Notes: generated by a model not told the origin, from the sequence alone. A stretch of 64,000 bases of DNA from Nitrospinales bacterium (GCA_965223345.1 CBDCWG010000012.1:288001-352000); one strand, 5' to 3'; shown: positions 19,208-29,599, numbered from the stretch's first letter. Numbers and translations: made by a program.

Positions 19208-20650
19208 ATGAACAAGAATGGAACTGTTTGCCTGTGGGGTTGGATGTGTGCGGTTTTTCTGCTGTTTACCGCCGCCTGCACCACCATCACCACACCCGCC
19301 ATCAACGATGCCGCCAAAGTCGGCGATTTCAACAAAGTGGACATGCTGATCGCCCAGGGCAACGACGTCAACGCGGAAACCCGGGACGGCAGCACGGCCC
19401 TGCATTCGGCGGCAAATAACGGGTACCAGAAAGTGGCCAAATTGCTGATCGAAAAGGGAGCGCGTGTGAACGCCCGCAACCGCAAGGGCACCACGCCGCT
19501 TTACCTTGCCGCCAAAAACGGCCACACGGCGATGGTGGATCTTCTGATCGAAAGCGATGCCAATGTCAACGCGCAGAACCTGAAACGCAACACGGCCCTG
19601 CACATTGCGGCGCAGAACGGCCAGCTCGATGTGGTCGAGCTGCTGTTAGCGAAGAAAGCCCAGGTGGATCTGCAAAACCGCGACGGGGCGACGCCGCTGC
19701 ATCTGGCTGCCGGCGAAGGGCGCATCCGCATCGCGGACCGGCTGCTGGAGGCGGGCGGCCGGGTGGATTCGAAGGACAAATACCGCAAGCAACCGCTGCA
19801 CTGGGCGGCGGCCGGCGGTCACCTCGATCTGGTGGAGCGGTTTCTGGAAAAAGGCGCCAAGGTGGACGTGGCCGATCAGTTCGGCCTCACCCCGCTCAAC
19901 CTGGCTTCGCTCAACAACCACCGCAAGGTGGCGGAAGTCCTCATCCGGGAAGGGGCGAACGTGAACCCCTCCGGCAGTTCGCCGCTGTTTTCGGCGGCGC
20001 GCAAGGGCCACACCGACGTGGCGCGGCTGTTGATCGAAAAAGGCGCCAAGATCGATGCGCGTGAGGAAGAAGGACCGACGCCGCTGCATTTCGCGGCCGG
20101 CGGCGGATACGTGGACCTGGTGAAGCTGTTTCTGGACAACGGCGCCAATTTCAACGCCAAGGACCTGGTGGAAAACACGCCGCTGCACAGCGCCGCAGCG
20201 GGCGGCCACGCACAGGTGCTGGAGATTCTCATCAAGCAGGGGGCCGACGTCAATTCGCGCGAGAAAGACGGCACCACGCCGCTGCATCTGGCAGCGCGCG
20301 GAGGCCACCGGCTGGCGGTCGAGTCTCTGATCAAGAGCGGTGCGGACATCGACGCCCGCGACAAAAAGAACCTGACGCCCCTGCACTGGGCGGCGCAGCG
20401 GGGTCACTCCGAGGTGGTGAAAATACTGGTGGACAAAGGCGCGAAGCTGGACGCGAAGGACACCACCCAGGACACGCCGCTGCACCTCGCCGCGCAGAAA
20501 GGTCACAAAGCCGCGGCGGAACTGCTGGTGACCGAAGGCGCCGATCTGAAGGCCCTCAACAAGGACGGCAGGACGCCGATCGATCTCGCCGCCAGGATGA
20601 ATCACATCGTGGTTGCGGACATGCTGAAGTGGTACGCCTCGAAGCGCTGA
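19208..20650 (+). CDS. Ankyrin-repeat lipoprotein (about 13 repeats)
   Basis: TAAC lipobox-like motif; many TPLHxAAxxG...GAxVNA repeats. Confidence 0.93.
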   Translation: MNKNGTVCLWGWMCAVFLLFTAACTTITTPAINDAAKVGDFNKVDMLIAQGNDVNAETRDGSTALHSAANNGYQKVAKLLIEKGARVNARNRKGTTPLYLAAKNGHTAMVDLLIESDANVNAQNLKRNTALHIAAQNGQLDVVELLLAKKAQVDLQNRDGATPLHLAAGEGRIRIADRLLEAGGRVDSKDKYRKQPLHWAAAGGHLDLVERFLEKGAKVDVADQFGLTPLNLASLNNHRKVAEVLIREGANVNPSGSSPLFSAARKGHTDVARLLIEKGAKIDAREEEGPTPLHFAAGGGYVDLVKLFLDNGANFNAKDLVENTPLHSAAAGGHAQVLEILIKQGADVNSREKDGTTPLHLAARGGHRLAVESLIKSGADIDARDKKNLTPLHWAAQRGHSEVVKILVDKGAKLDAKDTTQDTPLHLAAQKGHKAAAELLVTEGADLKALNKDGRTPIDLAARMNHIVVADMLKWYASKR

Positions 20651-20693
20651 AGCGCTTCGCTGCGGCCTGAGCGCATCGAAAACCCATTTTTTT

Positions 20694-20730
20694 AAAAGAC
20701 CCCGGCACACGTTTGTGTCCGGGGTTTTTT
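20694..20730. terminator. Bidirectional intrinsic terminator
   Basis: AAAAGACCCCGG...CCGGGGTTTTTT between convergent genes. Confidence 0.75.
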
Positions 20731-20733
20731 GTT

Positions 20734-21906
20734 TCAACGCGATGGCCGTGCTTTGAGGACGACGGTCACCTCCTGCGGCCGGCGGTCGCGGACGATCTCA
20801 ACCGCAACGCGGTCCCCGACCCGGCGCTTTTCGACCTGCCGGATCAGATCGTCCATCGATTTCACGTTTTGGCCGTCCACCGACACGATCAAATCCCCGC
20901 CCACGGCGAGACGCAGGTTCCCGTACAAGACCTCGCGTCTGCCCCCACGCAGGCCCGCATCGTACGCGGGGCTTCCCCGCACGACTTCCACGACGAGGAC
21001 CCCGGCGTCGGCCGGCAGATTCAACGCGGCGGCGAGATCGGGGTTTAAGGCCAGCCCGGCGATGCCGAGCCAGGGCCTCTGGTAGCGGCCGGTGCTGATC
21101 AGCTGCGCCGCCACATCGCGGGCCCGGTTCACGGGGATGGCGAAGCCGATTCCCTGATAGCCGCCGGAAACGGAAAAGATGGCGGTGTTGATGCCGATGA
21201 CGCGGCCGTTGGAATCGAGCAAGGGGCCGCCGGAGTTTCCGGGATTGATCGCGGCGTCGGTCTGGATGAGCTCGAACAGACGGCCTCCGGCCTTGTGCTC
21301 CAGCTCGCGGTTGAGCGCGCTGACGATGCCGGTGGTCAGGGTTTGCGACAGGCCGAAGGGGTTGCCGATGGCGATGGCTTTCTGTCCCACGCGCACCGCG
21401 TCGGAATCGCCGAGGACCGCTACGGTGGGGACGAGGGAGGCGGGGATGCGGATCACGGCGAGATCGGAAGCGGGGTCGGTGCCGATCAGCACCGCTTCGC
21501 TTTTGACCCCGTCGCCGAGCGTGACGGTGATTCTCTGCGCGTTGCCCACCACGTGGTCGTTCGTCAGGATGTAGCCCTTTTCATCGATGATGAATCCCGA
21601 GCCCTGCCCGCTCTGCGGCACGACCTGCCGCCAGAAATTGAGCCGCATCGTGGTGGTGGAGATGTTGACCACGGCCTTGTGCACGCGGTCGTACACGTCC
21701 ATGTTGATCTTCTCATCGCTGGAGATCACAGGAGCGGCGCCGGCTGGCAGGGCCTGGATGCGGGTGAAATCCAGCTCGGTCACATCGGGACGCCCGCCCA
21801 GGCGGAGTTGCAACTCGGGCCAGACCTGGTGGAGCAAATAGGCGGCAAGCACGACGGAAAGAATCCACAACCCGCCGCGGAAGGGGCTTGGGGGAGGTCT
21901 GGACAA
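20734..21906 (-). CDS. HtrA/DegP-family serine protease with one PDZ domain
   Basis: GSGFII, TNDHVV, DLAVI, QTDAAINPGNSGGPL; N-terminal TM. Confidence 0.93.
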   Translation of the reverse strand: MSRPPPSPFRGGLWILSVVLAAYLLHQVWPELQLRLGGRPDVTELDFTRIQALPAGAAPVISSDEKINMDVYDRVHKAVVNISTTTMRLNFWRQVVPQSGQGSGFIIDEKGYILTNDHVVGNAQRITVTLGDGVKSEAVLIGTDPASDLAVIRIPASLVPTVAVLGDSDAVRVGQKAIAIGNPFGLSQTLTTGIVSALNRELEHKAGGRLFELIQTDAAINPGNSGGPLLDSNGRVIGINTAIFSVSGGYQGIGFAIPVNRARDVAAQLISTGRYQRPWLGIAGLALNPDLAAALNLPADAGVLVVEVVRGSPAYDAGLRGGRREVLYGNLRLAVGGDLIVSVDGQNVKSMDDLIRQVEKRRVGDRVAVEIVRDRRPQEVTVVLKARPSR

Positions 21907-22097
21907 GAAAACGTTTCCTCAATCAAAAATGAAAAACAAAAACCCGACGCAAAAAATTGTAGCAGAAATCGGGATGGCGCTCACCTTTGATTGATGCCCG
22001 GAACTTGCCGGGCAATACGGGGACAGCGAGGAATCCGGTCCGACCATTCGAACCGCGGACCGGCGGGCCGCGCGGTATCGGAATGGAAGGAGCGGGA

Positions 22098-22436
22098 TCA
22101 GAAGTGCGATTTGCACTCGGCCTCGATCTCGCGGTTGCCGATCAGATCGCATTTTGCTTTTTGGGAATCGATCACAGCCTGGCAAAGGTTCTGCAGGTCG
22201 CGGCTGCGGATCAAAGAACAGTAATACGAACTGTGGTCCTTGTTCTCGAACCGATTCACCCCTTCATTTTTTCCATGGGTGGGATTGCTCATGGCCAGGC
22301 ACAGGTTGCGCCGGTCCGCACTTTTGATTTTGTCGCAATCGGACATCTTGGAAGGCTTGTCCTTGGCGTGGACGGGTTGCACCATGATCACCCCCAGCAC
22401 CAATGCGGCCAGCCACATTTTATGGATACTCCTCAT
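22098..22436 (-). CDS. Secreted Cys-repeat protein
   Basis: Signal peptide; three C-x2-I-x8-C-like units. Confidence 0.75.
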   Translation of the reverse strand: MRSIHKMWLAALVLGVIMVQPVHAKDKPSKMSDCDKIKSADRRNLCLAMSNPTHGKNEGVNRFENKDHSSYYCSLIRSRDLQNLCQAVIDSQKAKCDLIGNREIEAECKSHF

Positions 22437-22864
22437 TTCCCACTCCTTTCACCTTGAAGGCACGCGTCTAGAACGGACCTTTTTTCGATCGATAAATTGG
22501 ACCTGAATCCTGAGAATAAACCAAACTTCATAAAAAAAACAACGCCCTCGAAGTAAGCATAATAGTTTCAGATCGTTATTGATAGCCTAAACTGGCAAGG
22601 ATTCTGAATTCCGGTGACCGGACGGGCCGGGACACCCCTTGTGCGCAAGAATCGGTTTTCCAAACCCGGCTGTAGATTTTTTGGGTTTTGCGATTTTCCT
22701 GGTGTAATCTGATTGGATACGGAAAGGGGGCGATCCGCCCACCCGGCCCGTTTTTGTTGAATCCACCGCAGTGTGCGATGCGGTCTTTTCCTGGATTCAA
22801 CCCAAAGGGAGGCGTCACCCGGCGATCTTTGGTTCGCCGCTTTTGCCAGGAAGGAAAGTCCATC

Positions 22865-23356
22865 ATGAAAGCCATTTTTTCACGCCCATTTCTCGCTGCC
22901 GTTCTGACCGCCTCTTTGATGCTGCTGAGCGGTCCCGCCCATGCGGGAACGGAAACCGGCAATCCCGTCGATGAGCCGAAACTCGAAGAACAATTCAATG
23001 AACTGACCGATGAATGGCAGCGGCGTTTCGTGGACGCGCTGCGGCAGCTGCTGGCCAACGAATTGAACCGGCTGAAAGCGAACCGCAACAAACCGGTCGA
23101 ATCGCTGCAAAGCCAGATCACGGACCACGAATCGGTTTTGAAAAAAAATCCGGACAACCCTTCCAGTCATTTCGCTCTGGGTTCTCTGTACAGCGACATG
23201 GGGGACGGCGCCAACGCCATCATCCATATGCGCAAAGCCGAGCGCCTGTTCAAGGAGAAGAACGACGTGAAAGGCGTGGCCGAGTCGCGGCGCAGTTTGC
23301 GGAATTACTATTCCAAGTTCGGATACAAACCTGAGGATTTCAATCTCACCCAGTGA
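22865..23356 (+). CDS. Secreted TPR protein
   Basis: Signal peptide (PAHA); SSHFALGSLY...DGANAIIHMRKAERLF. Confidence 0.8.
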   Translation: MKAIFSRPFLAAVLTASLMLLSGPAHAGTETGNPVDEPKLEEQFNELTDEWQRRFVDALRQLLANELNRLKANRNKPVESLQSQITDHESVLKKNPDNPSSHFALGSLYSDMGDGANAIIHMRKAERLFKEKNDVKGVAESRRSLRNYYSKFGYKPEDFNLTQ

Positions 23357-23459
23357 AGCGGCGCAAAGAGAGAACCGTTGCTCTTTCTGCGGCAACGCGC
23401 AGCGGATCACCGATTGCGAAAGGGCCGCTGTCACATATCAGGAGGAGGGTCGCCCGATC

Positions 23460-23810
23460 ATGTCATTGGCACTGGCCATTTCCGGTTTGACGCAGCGCGA
23501 AGACGGTGAAAAGGTGTGGACGGTCGAAACGGTGTCCTGGTGGGACGAGCGCGAATTGCTTAAAGATCCCCGCTTCGCGAAGCTGGACCTGGGCCCGGAG
23601 AAGCTGGTGTACGAGGCGATCCTGGAAACGCAGGAGGCCATGCGATTGAACGCAAAATACAAGCAGGAATTTCTCGGCGCTTTCGAAGGGGACGCCCTCG
23701 CTTCGAATTATCAGGAGCGGCGAAAGCAGCAGGTGGAAGAATTGGAAAACAAACTGAACGATCCCCGCACGCCGTTCGTCAGCCTGTGGGTGTTCGAGTG
23801 GGATTACTGA
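23460..23810 (+). CDS. Hypothetical protein (116 aa)
   Basis: GGAGG upstream; ends just before terminator. Confidence 0.7.
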   Translation: MSLALAISGLTQREDGEKVWTVETVSWWDERELLKDPRFAKLDLGPEKLVYEAILETQEAMRLNAKYKQEFLGAFEGDALASNYQERRKQQVEELENKLNDPRTPFVSLWVFEWDY

Positions 23811-23825
23811 ATTCCGGCACAATAA

Positions 23826-23863
23826 AAAAACGCCCTTGCCGCCGACGCGGCAGGGGCGTTTTT
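23826..23863. terminator. Bidirectional intrinsic terminator
   Basis: AAAAACGCCCTTGCCG...CGGCAGGGGCGTTTTT. Confidence 0.8.
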
Positions 23864-23890
23864 GCTTTACAGGCTGGTTGACCGGCGGCG

Positions 23891-25768
23891 CTACACGGAT
23901 TTGCCGTATTTTTTGCGGTGCTCTTTCTTGGCGCCGCCGATCCAGTTGTCGCGTTCGATGCGGCCGGGAAAAAGCTGAATGGCCTCGGCGACACGGGCGA
24001 TGTCTTTCTTGCTGAACTTCGCGATCTGCTGGTAGGTCCGGATCCCCAGCTTGTTGAGGGTCTTTTCCAGCACCGGGCCGATCCCGGAAATTTTCTTGAG
24101 ATCATCTTTGGTTTTGGGCGGATCGAACAGGGTTTTCTTCTTCGCCGCGGGTCTGGTTTTCGCGGGCGCCGGTTTGGGCGCCGCCGCCGCAGCCTTTGCG
24201 GGCTTGGTATTCGACGGCTTCTGAGCGGCGCTTTTCGCTTCCGGGCTCTTGGCCTTGGCTTCCTGGGCCTTTGTTTTCGTTTCCGGAGCGTTTGTTTTCG
24301 CTTCCTGAGTCTTGGCGAGCTTCGCTTCCAGATCCTGGATGCGCTTGAGCATGCGGCTCATTTCGGTGTCTTTTTTCTCAAGCGCGGTGCGGTGCGCGTT
24401 CTGCAACCGGCGGTTTTCGGCATCGGCCCGTTTGAGCCTGTCCTGAATCAATTCCTGACCGGTGTTCTTGCGCTGCAACTTTTTCAATTCCGACTGGTGA
24501 TCGCTCTTGGCGGTTTTCAGCTCTCTTTCGAGGCGGGCGATCGTGACCTCCCGCTCTCCGACAACCCCTTGCAGAGACTCGAACTGGGAGACCCGGCGCT
24601 CCAGTTTCTCGACCTCTTTCTCCCTCTGGCTTTGCGCGGTCTTGATTTCCTTTTCCAGGCGGGTGAGCGTCGCGTCGCGTTTTTTGATCTCTTTTTTCAG
24701 CGCCTCCACTTCCTGCTGCCGGTCTTCGGTGGTTTCTGATTGCTTCGCCCGTTCGGACTCCAGGCTCTGGATGCGCCGCTCATACTCTTCCTGTTCTTTC
24801 TGGCGGGCGGTCTCCAGGCTGGCGATCTGCTCGGCGAGTTGCTGCTGTGTGCCTTCCTGCTCGCGGATGCCTTCCAGGGAGGACTCCAGTTCACGGACGC
24901 TTTTTTTCAAGCTGAAAATCTGTTCGTCTTTTTCCAGTACCACCGACTGCAGGGCCCCTTCCAGGCGGTCGCGGGCGATCTTCTCCTCTTTCAGCTTGCT
25001 CTGCAGAGGCTCCAGCTGGACGACGGTTTCCTTGAGGCTCTTGACCTCATTTTCCTTTTCTTCCATGAAGGTGTTGTATTCCTCCTCCAATTCGGCGAGG
25101 CAGGCTTCTTTTTCCTGGACCGCCGCTTCGAACGGCTCGAGCTCGCGGATGCGCGCCTGAAACGTCTCGATCTGCTTTTTTCGCGACGTGGTCTGCTGGC
25201 GCAACTGGGTCTCCAGATTCTCGAGCGCGTTGTCGCGTTCCTGGATCTGCTGGCGCATCGACTCCAGCTCGCCGACTTTACCTTCCAGCCGGGAAATTTC
25301 ATCTCCCTTTTGCACGATCACCGTCTGCAGTTCGCCCTCCAGCTGCTCGCGCACGGAAGTCAGCTCCTTCAATTTTCCCTGCAACGGCTCCAGGCGCGTG
25401 ATCGCGTCCTTGAGACCGGAGACTTCCATTTCCTTTTCGCCCCGGAAAATGTCGAGCTGGTTTTCCAGGCGGGCGATGGTCGCGCTTTTCTCCTGCAGGG
25501 TCTCGTGGAGGGGTTCCAGTTCCTCGATACGGGTGCGCAGGGTTTTGATCTCCGCGTCCTTCTCCGCCCTGAGATCGCTCAAGAGCCCTTCAAGCAGTTT
25601 GGATTTCTTCTTGGCCAGATCGAGAGAGTCTTCCTTCGCTTCGATATCCTCGCGAAGCTCGTCCTCACGGGCGCCGATGTTGAGCCCGCGGATCATCCAG
25701 GCGAGGGCCGCTCCGATGAGCCCGGCTGCGAACAGGCAAATGAGAATTTCACCCAAAAGATATGTCAT
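23891..25768 (-). CDS. N-terminal TM + long coiled coil + C-terminal helix-hairpin-helix (COG3743-like) protein
   Basis: MTYLLGEILICLFAAGLIG...W; ~450 aa heptad-rich region; DDLKKISGIGPVLEKTLNKLGI...GRIERDNWI. Confidence 0.85.
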   Translation of the reverse strand: MTYLLGEILICLFAAGLIGAALAWMIRGLNIGAREDELREDIEAKEDSLDLAKKKSKLLEGLLSDLRAEKDAEIKTLRTRIEELEPLHETLQEKSATIARLENQLDIFRGEKEMEVSGLKDAITRLEPLQGKLKELTSVREQLEGELQTVIVQKGDEISRLEGKVGELESMRQQIQERDNALENLETQLRQQTTSRKKQIETFQARIRELEPFEAAVQEKEACLAELEEEYNTFMEEKENEVKSLKETVVQLEPLQSKLKEEKIARDRLEGALQSVVLEKDEQIFSLKKSVRELESSLEGIREQEGTQQQLAEQIASLETARQKEQEEYERRIQSLESERAKQSETTEDRQQEVEALKKEIKKRDATLTRLEKEIKTAQSQREKEVEKLERRVSQFESLQGVVGEREVTIARLERELKTAKSDHQSELKKLQRKNTGQELIQDRLKRADAENRRLQNAHRTALEKKDTEMSRMLKRIQDLEAKLAKTQEAKTNAPETKTKAQEAKAKSPEAKSAAQKPSNTKPAKAAAAAPKPAPAKTRPAAKKKTLFDPPKTKDDLKKISGIGPVLEKTLNKLGIRTYQQIAKFSKKDIARVAEAIQLFPGRIERDNWIGGAKKEHRKKYGKSV

Positions 25769-25784
25769 GGTTCCCCCTCCTTAA

Positions 25785-26828
25785 CTATTGGATAACTTTG
25801 AATTCGATGCGTCGGTTCTTGGCTCTGCCTTCCGGGGTGTCGTTGTCCGCAAGAGCCAGCGTTTCTCCGTATCCCTGGATTTCCAGCCGGGCGGGATCCA
25901 ATCCCTTAGACACGAGGTAGTGATAGACCGAGTTGGCCCGGTTGCGGCTCAGGATCATATTGAACTCTGCGTCGCCCTGAGCGTCGGTGTGGCCGCCGAT
26001 CTCCACCTTGACGGTGGGGTATTTCTTCAACACTCCGGAAACCACATCGAGAATGCGGCTGCCCGCCTCGGTGAGATTGGAGCTCAGCTTTTGAAACTTG
26101 ATCTCGGGAAGATCCAGCGACTGCAGGGATTCCTGCGCCTCTTTCATCTGCGCTTCCTGGGTGATGACAACCTCGATCTGATTGTCCACCGCGAGGTCGC
26201 CGCTGAGCGCTTGCGCGTGCTCGCCCAGTATGTCGCGTTTTTTCTTGGAGCTCACCGTACCGGTGAGCAGGACTCCGGCTTCGCTGATCTCCACCGACAA
26301 GGCGTCCGCAGGATCCAGCTGGGATAAAAACTCCGGCAGCGCGTCGGTCCATTGCGGTTCGCGCGCTTTGGAATCGATCCTGAGTTGATCGGCAATGCGT
26401 CCCTGTCCGTAGACCTTGCCAAGCGTTTCCACAACCCGGTCGAGCGATTGCATGTCCGGCAGCACTCCCTCCAGGGACGCCGCGCCTCCGGTCGCCGTCA
26501 ACTTCAGGCTCGAGGGCACCCGCTCGAAGACGTGGAGCTGGTTGACCACCCGTCGCACTCCCCAGAGGCCTTCGGCGGCGGCGATCATTTTTTCCTGATC
26601 CAGCGCCGCATCCATCTCGCCGGAAAAAATCACGTCGCGCCCGTCCACCCGCATGAACACCCGGTTCGGATCGAACCCGACGCCGGTGAGAGCCGCGCTC
26701 ACGCGCGCGGTGAGGTCCGCTTCGATTTTGGGGCCGTGATGCCAGAGACAAAGAATGGGAAGGAGCGTTCCGAAGAGAGTCCAGAACCAGATCATCGTTG
26801 AAGAACCTGAGGATTCAGCTGCCCTCAT
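25785..26828 (-). CDS. BON + OmpA-like peptidoglycan-binding protein (ArfA/Rv0899-like architecture)
   Basis: DGRDVIFSG...GVRRVVNQL BON motif; GHTDAQG...LSRNRA...GYGE...NRRIEF; GGAGG RBS. Confidence 0.88.
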   Translation of the reverse strand: MRAAESSGSSTMIWFWTLFGTLLPILCLWHHGPKIEADLTARVSAALTGVGFDPNRVFMRVDGRDVIFSGEMDAALDQEKMIAAAEGLWGVRRVVNQLHVFERVPSSLKLTATGGAASLEGVLPDMQSLDRVVETLGKVYGQGRIADQLRIDSKAREPQWTDALPEFLSQLDPADALSVEISEAGVLLTGTVSSKKKRDILGEHAQALSGDLAVDNQIEVVITQEAQMKEAQESLQSLDLPEIKFQKLSSNLTEAGSRILDVVSGVLKKYPTVKVEIGGHTDAQGDAEFNMILSRNRANSVYHYLVSKGLDPARLEIQGYGETLALADNDTPEGRAKNRRIEFKVIQ

Positions 26829-27178
26829 TTCACCCTCCAAAAAGGTTTTCAAATCGGTACAGATGATGCAGCTCAAATCGAGGGATATCCCCCCGACGAT
26901 ATGCTCGCCTTAAACTACCAAATAATCAATAATATACAAGCGATTTGAGAGAAGCGTGGACGTGGGAGCCTCCTTAAAAATGGATCGAAACGCAAAATCC
27001 TTTTCTAGGAGTTGGGGTCTGGGGCGTATCTATCAGGAGGTATTTCTCAGTTTTTCTATGTAACTTTCAATTCCGGGAAAGGGTGCAGCTTTTCCGACGG
27101 AGCCTGAAAAATATTTTAACGATCGGCCCTTTGAGCTTCGACAACGGCTCGGAAAGGGCCAGAGAATGTGCAGGGATT

Positions 27179-27379
27179 TTACTTGGGAATCACTTTGGTA
27201 GCCTGAGGCCCTTTCTGCCCCATGCTTTTTTCGAATTCCACCGGCTGGCCTTCCCGCAGTGTTTTGAATCCTTCCACTTGAATTTCGGAATAATGCACGA
27301 AGCAATCTTCGCCTTCGTCGGATTCGATAAAACCATATCCTTTACTTTCGTTAAACCATTTTACCTTTCCATTCGTCAT
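27179..27379 (-). CDS. Cold-shock protein
   Basis: [31 protein letters not shown]. Confidence 0.96.
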   Translation of the reverse strand: MTNGKVKWFNESKGYGFIESDEGEDCFVHYSEIQVEGFKTLREGQPVEFEKSMGQKGPQATKVIPK

Positions 27380-27719
27380 TTCCCAACTCCTCCTCATAGA
27401 TAAAAAATTAGGCCCCCAATACTACCACGATTTGTCCGTTCAAATTAAGGTATATTTTAAATTTAATAAAATTTATTGCCACTCCCGTTGCAACGTTTTG
27501 CTTCGATCCGTCTTGCAGGTGTTGGGAAACACGGTATTCTTATCGGAATCCTTTTAAAATCAATGAGCAAAATTTTCCTTTTTTTCTTTCTCTTCTGCAA
27601 GCGCGGGAGAACGCGCTTTGAAGCAGGTGAAAAAAAAGTTCGAGGCCTTGAGTTTGTGAATCCCGTTTTTAGAATTTCACGATCGTTATGATTTCAGGTT
27701 GTGTGTTGAAGGATCGCTG

Positions 27720-28073
27720 TCAAAACTTGAAAGGCTTGTTGGTCTGCGCATCGCAGCCGCGCGTGCAGGCCCAACGCTTCTCTCCGCAGCGGAACTTGGC
27801 GTCTGCGCTGTCTCCGGCGGAGGACATACAGGATTCGAACTGGGAATCGCATTTCATCAGGCAGGCTCTTTTGTTGAACTCGAGAAGGAACCGGGATTGT
27901 GTGTTTCCACGCTCATAGTGGATTCGGTTGAATGGGGATCCAATGGGATTTTTTTTGAGCAAGCCGGATTCATGCTTGGGGCTCGGAGCGGATTTGAACT
28001 CCTCCGCCGTTGCGAAACCTGTCATTGACAAAATGATCAAAAAAGCGAAAAAGGAAATGCATGCTCGTTTCAT
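27720..28073 (-). CDS. Secreted Cys-rich small protein
   Basis: Signal peptide; C-x3-C-x6-C ... C-x6-C-x3-C. Confidence 0.65.
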   Translation of the reverse strand: MKRACISFFAFLIILSMTGFATAEEFKSAPSPKHESGLLKKNPIGSPFNRIHYERGNTQSRFLLEFNKRACLMKCDSQFESCMSSAGDSADAKFRCGEKRWACTRGCDAQTNKPFKF

Positions 28074-28738
28074 TTTTATTCTCCCTCTAAATCCACGATC
28101 GTGTTTTCAAACCGGGCATGCAAACATCAAGACCTCGAACCCGCAATTTTGCACAGATCGGTGGAACTGAATTGGAGATACAAACAGTTTAAACAAACCT
28201 TCCTTTGGTTCTACAGCCCAAGGCCGTAAACAGGCGATCGGGCGATCTTCTGCATTGCCAGGGACCGCAGCGCACCCGCCCATCCAGGAGACAACCGCTC
28301 AAAAAGATTGAAAGAAAAAGATTTGTATTTTCCGGTCAAAAATGATGCCTTAGAGGGGTGGCAACAGTTTCTTCACAAACCGGGAAAATCGCAAGCAGAG
28401 GAAAGCGGAGACGGATTGCAGCGGCAAAGACCGTCCGCTTGTGCGCGGCTGCGATCGGCTCGTGCGGCCGCTTCGCAAGGCCGTTGCCCGCTGTGGGATG
28501 GGCGGAGCCCGCCTGCGGGTCTCGCCCTTTGAGGCCAACTCCATCGAAGTGCGGTCCCCCGACTCAGGGCGGGCGGAGAAAACCGGGGGCATCCCGATCG
28601 TCCCAACCGGACCGGGAGCGGTTTCCGATTGCCGAAGCTTGTGATAACAAGTTTGAATTCATTTCAAGGAACCATTGATAATTCGGACAAAATGTTGTAA
28701 TTTTGGGTATTCCCAAAATGAATCCGAAAGGCGGAGCC

Positions 28739-29446
28739 ATGAAAAAATCCATTTCCCTCATTTTGCTTGTTCTTTTTCTGGCGGGCGGCCCGCAAGTGTT
28801 CGCTGCACAGGAAGAAAAATCCATCGATGAGATCGAAGAGAACGTGAACAACATGCTCAAACTGCTGGAAAACCTGGAAGAGCAGGAAACCGGAGATCCG
28901 AATCAGAACCTGGAAATTCCGGAAGAGACGCTGGCTCCGGAAACCGGGGAGGCGATGGGAGCGGTGCTGGACAACGAGGCGATGGAAAAACCCGAAGCCA
29001 TGATGGCCTCCGAAGCGGTGGAGGAAACGCCCGAACCGGCGAAGGAAGTTCCGGAGGAAAACATCGTGCGCAACGAAACGCCCGCACCGGCCAAAAAAAT
29101 GATCGAGGAAAGCAACGAAGTGGTGCGGTTCGTTCCCAGCGACCCGGACCTGCTGTTCCGGCTGGGTCTGGACCAGTGGAAATCGAAAAACCTGAACGGC
29201 GCGATCGAGCAGTTCGAGGAAGTCGTCCGGCTGGAGCCGGAAAACGCGCACGCCTTCTGGAACCTGGGCCTCATCTTCAAGCAGAAAGGCCAGGGCCAGG
29301 AAGCCGTCGATCACATGAAAAAAGCCGAAGACCTGTACCTGAAATACAATTATTTTTCGTACGCCGAGGAAACCCGGGAGCACCTGGACTCGCTGATCAA
29401 AAAATACAATCTGGACCCCGAGCAATACAAAATGGCGTCCAACTGA
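28739..29446 (+). CDS. Secreted acidic TPR protein
   Basis: Signal peptide; Glu/Pro-rich linker; NAHAFWNLGLIF...EAVDHMKKAEDLY. Confidence 0.82.
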   Translation: MKKSISLILLVLFLAGGPQVFAAQEEKSIDEIEENVNNMLKLLENLEEQETGDPNQNLEIPEETLAPETGEAMGAVLDNEAMEKPEAMMASEAVEETPEPAKEVPEENIVRNETPAPAKKMIEESNEVVRFVPSDPDLLFRLGLDQWKSKNLNGAIEQFEEVVRLEPENAHAFWNLGLIFKQKGQGQEAVDHMKKAEDLYLKYNYFSYAEETREHLDSLIKKYNLDPEQYKMASN

Positions 29447-29599
29447 CCGCGAAGACGGATCGGTTGCGCCCAAACCTTTCGGATTCCATCCACCCTCGTG
29501 GATGTCCCCTCATCTCCGCCTAGGAGACGCGCCTTCCCCCCGGCTCAGGGGAAGGCGCGTTCTGTTGTAAAAAATCGATGAAAATTTGAATCGGGCGGG

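Noticed and set aside
28080..28700. ncRNA or hidden gene in the long intergenic region
   Set aside because: Short ORFs lack coding character and no recognisable RNA family motif was found; consistent with a divergent promoter region
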